Source: Heptranchias perlo (lineage: Eukaryota). From it: a stretch of DNA of 64,000 bases. A program made the translations under genes and the position numbers. The stretch spans positions 4,154,001-4,218,000 of the forward strand of contig NW_027139581.1 in the NCBI RefSeq assembly GCF_035084215.1, read 5' to 3'. Positions 38,701-48,900 of this stretch are shown piece by piece (the stretch's first letter is position 1; every line of letters starts with the position of its first letter). The notes beneath the pieces were generated by a model. The model was not told where the DNA came from. It saw nothing but the letters and a program-made list of their open reading frames with translations, and ran no database searches.

Positions 38701-41700
38701 GTCACCACTGGTGGAGTGAAGGGAGAGGAGGGTGGACAAGAGACTGGAGTCACGGCCATCACTGGTGGAGTGAAGGGAGAGGAGGATGGACAAGAGACTG
38801 GAGTCACGGCCACAACTGGTGGAGTGAAGGGAGAGGAGGATGGACAAGAGACTGGAGTCACGGCCATCACTGGTGGAGTGAAGGGAGAGGAGGGTGGACA
38901 AGGGACTGGAGTCACGGTCACCACTGGTGGAGTGAAGGGACAGGAGGGTGGACAAGAGACTGGAGTCACGGCCACCACTGGTGGAGTGAAGGGAGAGGAG
39001 GGTGGACAAGAGACTGGAGTCACGGCCACCACTGGTGGAGTGAAGGGACAGGAGGATGGACAAGAGACTGGAGTCACGGCCACCACTGGTGGAGTGAAGG
39101 GAGAGGAGGATGGACAAGAGACTGGAGTCAGTGCCACCACTGGTGGAGTGAAGGGAGAGGAGGGTGGACAAGAGACTGGAGTCACGGTCACCACTGGTGG
39201 AGTGAAGGGAGAGGAGGATGGACAAGAGACTGGAGTCACGGCCACCACTGGTGGAGTGAAGGGAGAGGAAGGTGGACAAGAGACTGGAGTCATGGTCACC
39301 ACTGGTGGAGTGAAGGGAGAGGATGATGGACAAGAGACTGGAGTCACGGTCACCACTGGTGGAGTGTAGGGAGAGGAGGGTGGACAAGAGACTGGAGTCA
39401 CGGACACCACTGGTGGAGTGAAGGGAGAGGAGGATGGACAAGAGACTGGAGTCACGGTCACCACTGGTGGACTGAAGGGAGAGGAGGGTGGACAAGAGAC
39501 TGGAGTCACGGCCACCACTGGTGGAGTGAAGGGAGAGGAGGATGGACAAGAGACTGGAGTCACGGCCACCACTGGTGGAGTGAAGGGAGAGGAGGGTGGA
39601 CAAGAGACTGGAGTCAGGGCCACCACTGGTGGAGTGAAGGGAGAGGAGGATGGACAAGAGACTGGAGTCACGGCCACCACTGGTGGAGTGAAGGGAGAGG
39701 AGGATGGACAAGAGACTGGAGTCACGGCCACCACTGGTGGAGTGAAGGGAGAGGAGGATGGACAAGAGACTGGAGTCAGGGCCACCACTGCTGGAGTGAA
39801 GGGAGAGCAGGATGGACAAGAGACTGGAGTCACGACCACCACTGCTGGAGTGAAGGGAGAGGAGGATGGACAAGAGACTGGAGTCACGGCCACCACTGGT
39901 GGAGTGAAGGGAGAGGAGGGAGGACAAGAGACTGGAGTCACGGCCATCACTGATGGAGTGAAGGGAGAGGAGGGTGGACAAGAGACTGGAGTCACGGTCA
40001 CCACTGGTGGAGTGAAGGGAGAGGAGGGTGGACAAGAGACTGGAGTCACGGCCATCACTGGTGGAGTGAAGGGAGAGGAGGATGGACAAGAGACTGGAGT
40101 CACGGCCATCACTGGTGGAGTGAAGGGAGAGGAGGGAGGACAAGAGACTGGAGTCACGGCCACCACTGGTGGAGTGAAGGGAGAGGAGGATGGAGAAGAG
40201 ACTGGAGTCACGGTCACCACTGGTGGAGTGAACGGAGAGGAGGGTGGACAAGAGACTGGAGTCAGGGCCACCACTGGTGGAGTGAAGGGAGAGGAGGATG
40301 GACAAGAGACTGGAGTCACGGCCATCACTGGTGGAGTGAAGGGAGAGGAGGATGGACAAGAGACTGGAGTCACGGCCATCACTGGTGGAGTGAAGGGAGA
40401 GGAGGGAGGACAAGAGACTGGAGTCACGGCCGCCACTGGTGGAGTGAAGGGAGAGGAGGATGGACAAGAGACTGTAGTCACGGCCACCACTGGTGGAGTG
40501 AAGGGAGAGGAGGATGGACAAGAGACTGGAGTCACGGCCACCACTGGTGGAGTGAAGGGAGAGGAGGGTGGACAAGAGACTGGAGTCACGGCCATCACTG
40601 GTGGAGTGAAGGGAGAGGAGGGAGGACAAGAGACTGGAGTCACGGCCACCACTGGTGGAGTGAAGGGAGAGGAGGGTGGACAAGAGACTGGATTCACGGC
40701 CATCACTGGTGGAGTGAAGGGAGAGGAGGGAGGACAAGAGACTGGAGTCACGGCCATCACTGGTGGAGTGAAGGGAGAGGAGGGAGGACAAGAGACTGGA
40801 GTCACGGCCACCACTGGTGGAGTGAAGGGAGAGGAGGGTGGACAAGAGACTGGAGTCACGGCCATCACTGGTGGAGTGAAGGGAGAGGAGGGAGGACAAG
40901 AGACTGGAGTCACGGCCACCACTGGTGGAGTGAAGGGACAGGAGGATGGACAAGAGACTGGAGTCACGGCCATCACTGGTGGAGTGAAGGGAGAGGAGGG
41001 TGGACAAGAGACTGGAGTCACGGTCACCACTGGTGGAGTGAAGGGAGAGGAGGGTGGACAAGAGACTGGAGTCACGGTCACCACTGGTGGAGTGAAGGGA
41101 GAGGAGGGTGGACAAGAGACTGGAGTCACGGCCACCACTGGTGGAGTGAAGGGACAGGAGGGTGGACAAGAGACTGGAGTCACGGTCACCACTGGTGGAG
41201 TGAAGGGAGAGGAGGGTGGACAAGAGACTGGAGTCACGGCCATCTTTGGTGGAGTGAAGGGAGAGGAGGGTGGACAAGTGACTGGAGTCACGGCCACCAC
41301 TGGTGGAGTGAAGGGAGAGGAGGGACAAGAGACTGGAGTCACGGCCATCACTGATGGAGTGAAGGGAGAGGAGGATGGACAAGAGACTGGAGTCACGGTC
41401 ACCACTGGTGGAGTGAAGGGAGAGGAGGATGGACAAGAGACTGGAGTCACGGCCACCACTGATGGAGTGAAGGGAGAGGAGGATGGACAAGAGACTGGAG
41501 TCACGGTCACCACTGGTGGAGTGAAGGGAGAGGAGGGTGGACAAGAGACTGGAGCCACGGCCACCACTGGTGGAGTGAAGGGAGAGGAGGATGGACAAGA
41601 GACTGGAGTCACGGTCACCACTGGTGGAGTGAAGGGAGAGGAGGATGCACAAGAGACTGGAGTCACGGCCACCACTGGTGGAGTGAAGGGAGAGGAGGAT

Positions 41701-41878
41701 GGACAAGAGACTGGAGTCACGGCCACCACTGGTGGAGTGAAGGGAGAGGTGGATGGACAAGAGACTGGAGTCACGGTCACCACTGGTGGAGTGAAGGGAG
41801 AGGAGGATGGACAAGAGACTGGAGTCACGGCCATCACTGGTGGAGTGAAGGGAGAGGAGGGTGGACACGAGACTGGAT
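26762..41878. repeat. 54-bp minisatellite (GTCACGGYCACCACTGGTGGAGTGAAGGGAGAGGAGGRTGGACAAGAGACTGGA), ~280 units, intronic
   Basis: Register constant over 15.1 kb except one 3-bp deletion near 41322; higher-order blocks of 18 and 60 units. Confidence 0.98.
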
Positions 41879-42130
41879 TTACAGGAATAGAGTGTTGAGA
41901 TTGAAGGGCGGCCCGGAGTTGGTGCACGATGGGATACAGGCAGCATTGTTTTAGGTGAATTGAAGTTTACAGAAGATGGAGGATGGGAGTCCAGCCGGGG
42001 GAGTATTTTTATAATCGAGTCTGGAGGTGATAAAGATTTGAATGAGGCTTTCAAATGTTGATGTTAGGGAGGAGGCAGGTGATGTCACAGCGGCGGTCTT
42101 TGTGATGCGGAATAAATGCGGTGGGAAACA
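41879..42130 (-). mobile_element. Degraded L2 ORF2, right flank of the 54-bp array
   Basis: aatcgagtctggaggtgataaagatttgaatgaggctttca matches the reverse complement of the ETLIHAFVTSRLDY segment of the other L2 copies. Confidence 0.7.
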
Positions 42131-42149
42131 AGCGGTTTCTGCAGGCTAT

Positions 42150-42757
42150 TTGTCCTGGTATTGGTGAACTAACCCTGGGGTCCGTACTTCAAATCCCACC
42201 AACGTAAATCGTGAAATTTAATTGAAGAAATCTGGTAATTCTATCGCAAAAATAGCCATGCAAAACTGCGAAACGGTCTCTAAAACCTAACTGCATCCCA
42301 CTCTACCCAGACCGACCTACATGTAACTCCATTCCCGAATGAGTGATTGACATTTGATGCCCTCTGATGTTGTCCAGCAAGGCAGCCAATTGTAAACAAT
42401 CGCTACAAGTTTCAATGATTGCAATAAATTCAGATGGATCTGCCATCAGCGACCGAGGGATCGTAAGACTAAACCAATCTCAGTCCGTTCAGCATTTCAC
42501 AGTTCTCTTCAATAATATCTGAGAGATAGTTCTCAAGATGGACATTTGTCCTGAAGACCAGTTAAGCACAAGCCTGACATAATCGTACTCACAGAATCAT
42601 GTCAATGAGCAAACATCGCTGATTCCTCCATCTCCATCTTGTCCCACCAGCAGCATAGACCCAAAAGATGTCCAGACCAATGATACAAGGGGGCAGGGAT
42701 GGAGGAACGCAGAGTTACTGAGACAGGGAGGGGTGTAGCTCTGTTGGAAATTGAACA
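42150..42757 (+). mobile_element. Old LINE A 5' fragment (SINE-like head + APE N-terminus)
   Basis: Colinear with the reverse complement of 1900-2550: ttcaaatcccacc, cctacatgtaactcca, aagcctgacataatcgtactcacagaatcat. Confidence 0.7.
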
Positions 42758-42759
42758 CG

Positions 42760-43507
42760 CGGAGAACAATCCCAGCTTCTCCAGTCTCTCCACATAATTG
42801 AAGTCCCTTAACCCTGGTATCATTCTAGTAAATCTCCTCTCCACCCTCCCCAGGACCTTGACTTCCTTCCTGAAGCGAGATGCCCAGAATTGGACACAAT
42901 TGGACAGCTGAGGCCTGACCAGTGATTTATGACCAGTGGTTAGACAACACTTGGAGCACTGTGCGCAATTGTGGTCTCCATATTATATGAAGGGTTCAGA
43001 TGCACTGGAGAGAGTGCAAAAATAATTACAAGGATGATACCAGAACTGAGAGGACATAGTTATCAGGAAAGGCTCAACAGGCTGGGGCTCTTTTCTCGAA
43101 AAAAGGGAAGGCTGAGGGGGGACATTGTAGAGATCTTGAAAATTTTTGAGGGCTTGGTGAGGTGGACGGAGAGAAAATGTTCCCATTTGTCGCGGGGGGC
43201 TGAGGTGGATGGCGGTCAACACTGGGGGTCATAAATATAATATAGTCACCAATCAATCCAACAAGCAATTCAGGAGAAACTTATTTACCCAGAGAGTGTT
43301 TTGAATGCAGAACTTGCTACCACAAGGAATAGTTGAAGCGAATAGAATAGATGCATTTAAGGGGAAGTACATGAGGGAGAAATAAATTGAAGGATATGCT
43401 GATAGGGTGAGATGAAGTCGAATGGGAGGAGGCTCGTGTGGAGCATAAACACCGGCATAGACCAGTTGGGCCGAATGGCCTGTTTGTGAGCTGTAGTTTC
43501 TATGTAA
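42760..43507. mobile_element. Two CR1 fragments (minus ~42760-42930; plus ~42940-43507 with tail)
   Basis: RFTRMIPGLRDFNYVERLEKLGLFS; YQERLNRLGLFS. Confidence 0.8.
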
Positions 43508-44640
43508 CACAAGGATAAGAATTTTTAAATTGAGACGTTGCTCGACCGGGAGCCAATGTCGGTCAGGAAGCACAGGGGTGATGGGTGAATGGGATTTAAT
43601 GTCAGTTAGTAAACGGGCAGCAGAGTTTTGGATGAGCTCAAGTTTATGGAGGGTGGTGGGTGGGATGGCGGCCAGAAGAGCATTGGAAAAGTCGAGTTTG
43701 GAGGGAACAAAACCATGGATCAGGAATTCAGCAGAAGATGGGCTGAGGCTGGGGCAGAGACAGGCGATGTTCGGGAGGTGGAAGTAGGCGGTCTTGGTGA
43801 TGGAGAGAATATGGAGTCAGAAGCTCAGCTCAGGGTCAAACAGAACGCCTACTGGTCCGGTTCAGCCTCAGACTGTGGCCAGGGAGGGGGATGGAATCAG
43901 TTGTGAATGAACGGAATTTGTGATTGGGGCCGAAGACAATGGCTTCAGTCTTTCTAATGTTTGAATGGATGAAATTTTTGCTCATCCAGTACTGGATGTC
44001 GGACAAGCAGTGTGAGAAATCAGAGAGAGTGAAGGGGTGGAGAGAGGCGGTGGTGAGGGACAGCTGGGTGTCATTGACATGTGGAATCTGACTTTGTGTT
44101 TTCGGATGATGTCACCGAGGGTAAGCTTGAATATGTGAAATAGGAGGAGGCCAGGGATTGTTCCTTGTGGGACACCAGAGATAACGGTGTGTGGGCGGGA
44201 AGATGAATCATTGCAGGAGATTCTCTGGCCAAGCCTGGATCAAAAGGAATGGAACCAGGCGAGGGCAGTTGGAAAACGGACGAGAGGCGTTGGAGGTGGC
44301 TGGTGTGGACACCCGTGTCAAAGGCTGCAGACGGGTGGAGAAGGAAGAGGAGGGATAGTTTTCCACGGTCAGTCACATGGGATGTCTTTTGTGACTTTGA
44401 TTCGGGCCGTTTCAGTGCTGCGTCAGCGGTGGAAACCTGATTGGAGAGGTTGCTAATGCATTTGCAGGAAAGATGGGCACAGATTTTGGAAACGACAACA
44501 CGTTCAAGGAGAGGAAAGGGAGGTTGGAGATGGGGGCCGGAATTTACAAGGACCGAGGGGTCATGGATTTTTTTTTGAGGATGGGGTGATGACGGCAGAT
44601 TTGAAGAGGAGACGAGAGAGAACCGTGAATAAAAGGGTTA
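43508..44640 (-). mobile_element. Degraded L2 ORF2 fragment
   Basis: DRGKLSLLFLLHPSAAFDT, GVPQG region, HWLPVEQRLNLKIL. Confidence 0.82.
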
Positions 44641-45398
44641 ACTTTGCCCCTTTGGACATTACATTTGGACATTGTAAGTTTAAACTGCAAAGGCAGCAAT
44701 GTGCAGAAACTTTGAGAAGCTTCAGTTTTCAACAACAACTGATCTGAATGAAAGTAACGATGAGCAGAAGCTTCGAAAAGCTTCGAACTGGCTTTTGTTT
44801 CTCAAAACAACTGATCAGAACCTTAACAGATAACAACTTGGAAAAAACAATGCTGAAACAGTTAGAAACCCCTGGGAAAGACAATTCAAGTTACTTGTTC
44901 ACAGGTAACAGGAGTTTTAAGGTCTGCTGGTTATAGTTAATGACACTGATCTGTGGAAACCAGCGCTAACAGATAGGTCACCAATACACTCTGAAATATT
45001 GGACAATATCCAATAATGATTCAGCTCCAGGCAGCTGTCTTACTCTATGAACACATATTTCTGATCCGATACTAGGGTTCAGTGCAGAGAGCAGACGGCA
45101 AACTGTTCAATAAAGAGAATCGTCCACCAACATTCCTTGTGTACGAGACTCAAATAACAGGCAAATCCTAAAAAATGACCATCAGTTGAAGAAAGTCATA
45201 AAAAGGACAGACTGTTCATTGGACTGGGACCAATGAATCGGGAACTGTTCACATGTTACATGAAGGAAACAAGGTGCATTACCAGACATTGAACAAGAGG
45301 ATTACACTGAATACAATTAATAACCGGGTCTAAAGGACAAGGACAGTAAATACAGTTAAATATGGTTTACAGAATTAATTGCTGAAATAATGACTTAC

Positions 45399-45495
45399 CA
45401 GGAACACCAACAGCAGCGAGGAGCGGATAGTAAAACTTTTGTACATGATAAATTGCCCACAGAATCCGAAGCTCAGTTGGAACAAACAAGAACAT
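45399..45495 (-). CDS. GPCR exon 1 (MFLFVPTELRILWAIYHVQKFYYPLLAAVGVP + G)
   Basis: ATG 45495-45493 after an upstream in-frame stop; donor CCTG|GTAAGT; phase 1 joins exon 2 to complete TM1 (YYPLLAAVGVPVNLVTIVIL); 97+899 nt = 331 aa + stop. Confidence 0.88.
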
Positions 45496-45585
45496 GATTT
45501 CATTATCTGTGAGATCCAATGATCACTGTTTGTTCTGGAGGCAAAGCTGCATCAAACACTCTGCTGTGACGCCTTGAAAACAGTC

Positions 45586-45710
45586 CTTATTTATGGCCTG
45601 AGGGAACTCTCCAGTGAGACAATTAAACGACACATTGACATTAATTAAGGTCAGTAAACAAACAGGTCGGCTTAATCCCTCAACACCATCACTCCATATT
45701 GACAATTATA
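45586..45710 (-). promoter_or_regulatory. Putative GPCR proximal promoter
   Basis: TATA-like CATAAATAAG 45595-45586; O/E-like GCCTGAGGGA and TCTCCAGTGA; homeodomain TAATTG at 45620-45625 and 45703-45708; TTAATTAA 45641-45648; TAATCC 45673-45678. Confidence 0.5.
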
Positions 45711-45971
45711 GATAAACAAGCATTTTACTGATGTGACGTGAAGCTACCGAAAGTTCTGAATATTAGTAAAAGAAAATGACGTAAAAAAGAAAATATGAAT
45801 CCCGCAGTCTTACAGTGCTGATGTGAAGAGAGAGCAGCTTCACTGACAGAGTTCAGATTATTTCTGTGATATGAATTCAGCCGGCAATTTCAGAATGTTT
45901 CAAATACGTTTTCTGGGGTGGAGTAAACAAAAGTGCAAAAGACAACAAGGATAGATTGAAGCAGATCAAGT

Positions 45972-48900
45972 AATGGTCAGTCAGGATATATTGGGACTGA
46001 TAATATAATGGTCAGTAAGGATACATGGGGGCTGATAATACAATGGTCAGTAAGGATACATGGGGACTGATAATACAATGGTCAGTTAGGGTACAGGGGG
46101 ACTGATAATATAATGGTCAGTAAGGATACATTTGGTGTGATAATGCAATGTCCTGTACGGATACATGTGGGTGACAACTGAATGTTCCTCAAGGATTCTT
46201 GAATGCAGATAATGCAATGATCAGTGAGGAAACACGGGGTTTGCTAATGCAATGGTCAGAAAGAACACATTTGTATGATAATGTAACGGTCAGCATGAAC
46301 ACAGCGGAATGATAATACAGCAGTCAGGAAGAATACCTGGGGTTTATCCGACAATGGTCAGTAAGGATGCGTGGAGTGTGATACTGCCATGGTCAGTAAC
46401 TGTAAATGGGGCAGATAATATAATGATCACTAATAATGTGTAGGGGTGATAATGCAACGGTCAGCACGGATACTTGAGATGTGATAATGCAATGGTCGAT
46501 AAGGATACTTGGATGCAGATGATGCAATGGTCAATTATGATACATGGGGGTTATAATACAATGGGCAGTAAGGATACTTGGGGGCTGATAATATAATGGT
46601 CAGTAAGGAGAGATGGGATTGATAATACAATGGTCAGTAATTATACATGGGGTGTGATAATGCAATGGCAATAAGGATACATCGGTGGTAATAATACAAT
46701 GATCAGTAAAAATACACGGGGGTGATAACACAATGATCCATAATAATACACGGGGCTGATAATACACTATTCATTAAGGAAACATTGGGCCCTTAATTCA
46801 ATCGTCGGTTAGAATACATGGGATCTGACATTTACATGCTCATTTAGGATATTTTAGGCAAATAATGCAATGGTCAGTGAGGAGACATGGGGGCTGATAA
46901 TGGAGTGGTCTGTAAGAACACATGGTGGTGGTAATACAATGGTCAGTAAAGATAATTGGACACAGATATTACAATTGACAGTACGAATACATGCGAGTGA
47001 TAATGCAATGGTCAGTAAGAATACATGACGGTTCATAATACAATCGTCAGTCAGGATACATGGGATTGATAATACAGTGGTCAGTAAGTATACATGGGGG
47101 CCGATAATACAGTGGTCAGCAAGTATACATGGGGCCTGAAAATACATGGGGGCTGAAAATACAATGGCCAGTTAGTATACACGGGGGCCGATAATACAAT
47201 GGTCAGTCAGTCAAGATGGGTGCTGATAATATAATGGTCAGTAAGTATACATGGGGTCTGATATTACAATGGTCAGTAAGGATACATGGGGGCTGATAAT
47301 ATAATGGTCAGTAAGGATACATGGGGTCTGATAGTACAATGGTCAGTAAGGACACATAGGGGCTGATAATACAATGGTTTCTAAGGATGCATGGGGTCTG
47401 ATAATACGGTAGTTACTAAGGATGCATGGGGCCTGACAACACAATGGTCAGTAATTATACATGGGGGCTGATATTACAATGGTCAGTCAGGATACATGGA
47501 GACTGATAATATAATGGTCAGTAAGTATACATGGAGTCTGGATTTACAATGGTCAGTAAGTATACATGGGGGCTGATAATAAAATGCTCAGTGACTATAC
47601 ATGGGGTCTGATATTACAATGGTTAGTCAGGATACATGGGGGCTGATAATACAATGGTCAGTAAGGATACATGGGGTCTGATAATATACTGGTCAGGAAG
47701 TATACATGGGGTCTGATAATACAATGGTCAGTAAGGATACATGGGGGCTGATAATACAATGGTCAGTATGGATACATGGGGTCTGATAATATACTGGTCA
47801 GGAAGTATACATGGGGTCTGATAATACAATGGTCAGTAAGGATACATGGGGGCTGATAATATACTGGTCAGGAAGTATACATGGGGTCTGATAATACAAT
47901 GGTCAGTAAGGATACATGGGGGCTGATAATACAATGGTCAGTCACGATACATGGGGGCTGATAATACAATGGTCAGTCACGATACATGGGGGCTGATAAT
48001 ACAATGGTCAGTAATGATACATGGGGGCTGATAATACAATGGTCAGTCACGATACATGAGGGCTGATAATACAATGGTCAGTATGGATACATGGGGTCTG
48101 ATAATATACTGGTCAGGAAGTATACATGGGGTCTGATAATACAATGGTCAGTAAGGATACATGGGGGCTGATAATACAATGGTCAGTCACGATACATGGG
48201 GGCTGATAATACAATGGTCAGTCACGATACATGAGGGCTGATAATACAATGGTCAGTATGGATACATGGGGTCTGATAATATACTGGTCAGGAAGTATAC
48301 ATGTGGTCTGATAATACAATGGTCAGTAAGGATCCATGAGGGCTGATAATACAATGGTCAGTATGGATACATGGGGTCTGATAATATACTGGTCAGGAAG
48401 TATACATGGGGTCTGATAATACAATGGTCAGTAAGTATACATGGGGTCTGATAATACAATGGTCAGTAAGGATACATCGGGGCTGATAATACAATGGTCA
48501 GTAAGTATACATGAGGGCTGATAATACAATATTTACCAAGGATACATGGGGGCTGATGGTTACAAAGGATGCATGTGGCCTGAAAATATAATGGTTACGA
48601 AGGATTCATGGGGCCTGATAATTCAATGGTCAGTAAGGATGCATGGGGCCTGATAATACAATGGTTACTGAGGATACATGGGGGCCGATAATAGTGGTCA
48701 GTGTGTAGACATGGGGGCCGATAATACAATGGTCAGTAATTATCCACGGGGAGTATTAATACAATGGTCAATAAGTATACAAGGGTGCTGACAATACAAT
48801 GGCCAGTACGTATACATGGGGGCTGATAATAGAATGGCCAGTAAGTTTACACGGCGGCTGATAATTGAATGGTCAGTAAGTGTACACGGGGGCTGACAAT

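Noticed and set aside
26762-41878. Immunoglobulin switch-like region
   Set aside because: G-rich strand bias exists, but the unit has no AGCT hotspot, lies in another gene's intron downstream of Cmu, and is L2-derived.
26782-41898. Plus-strand G/E/T-rich and W/H-rich repeat ORFs
   Set aside because: The G/E/T frame is broken by stops at ~33376, 33820, 36532, 36802 and 39367; no promoter or unique domains; translation artefacts of the repeat.
26734-42054. 5106-aa and 5056-aa minus-strand ORFs as standalone giant genes
   Set aside because: Their starts are non-ATG codons inside L2 debris. The 54-bp unit puts all its TGA codons in the third frame, and only about one site per unit is a single change from a stop in the other two, so openness alone is not evidence of selection. 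Only the spliced scenario is kept.
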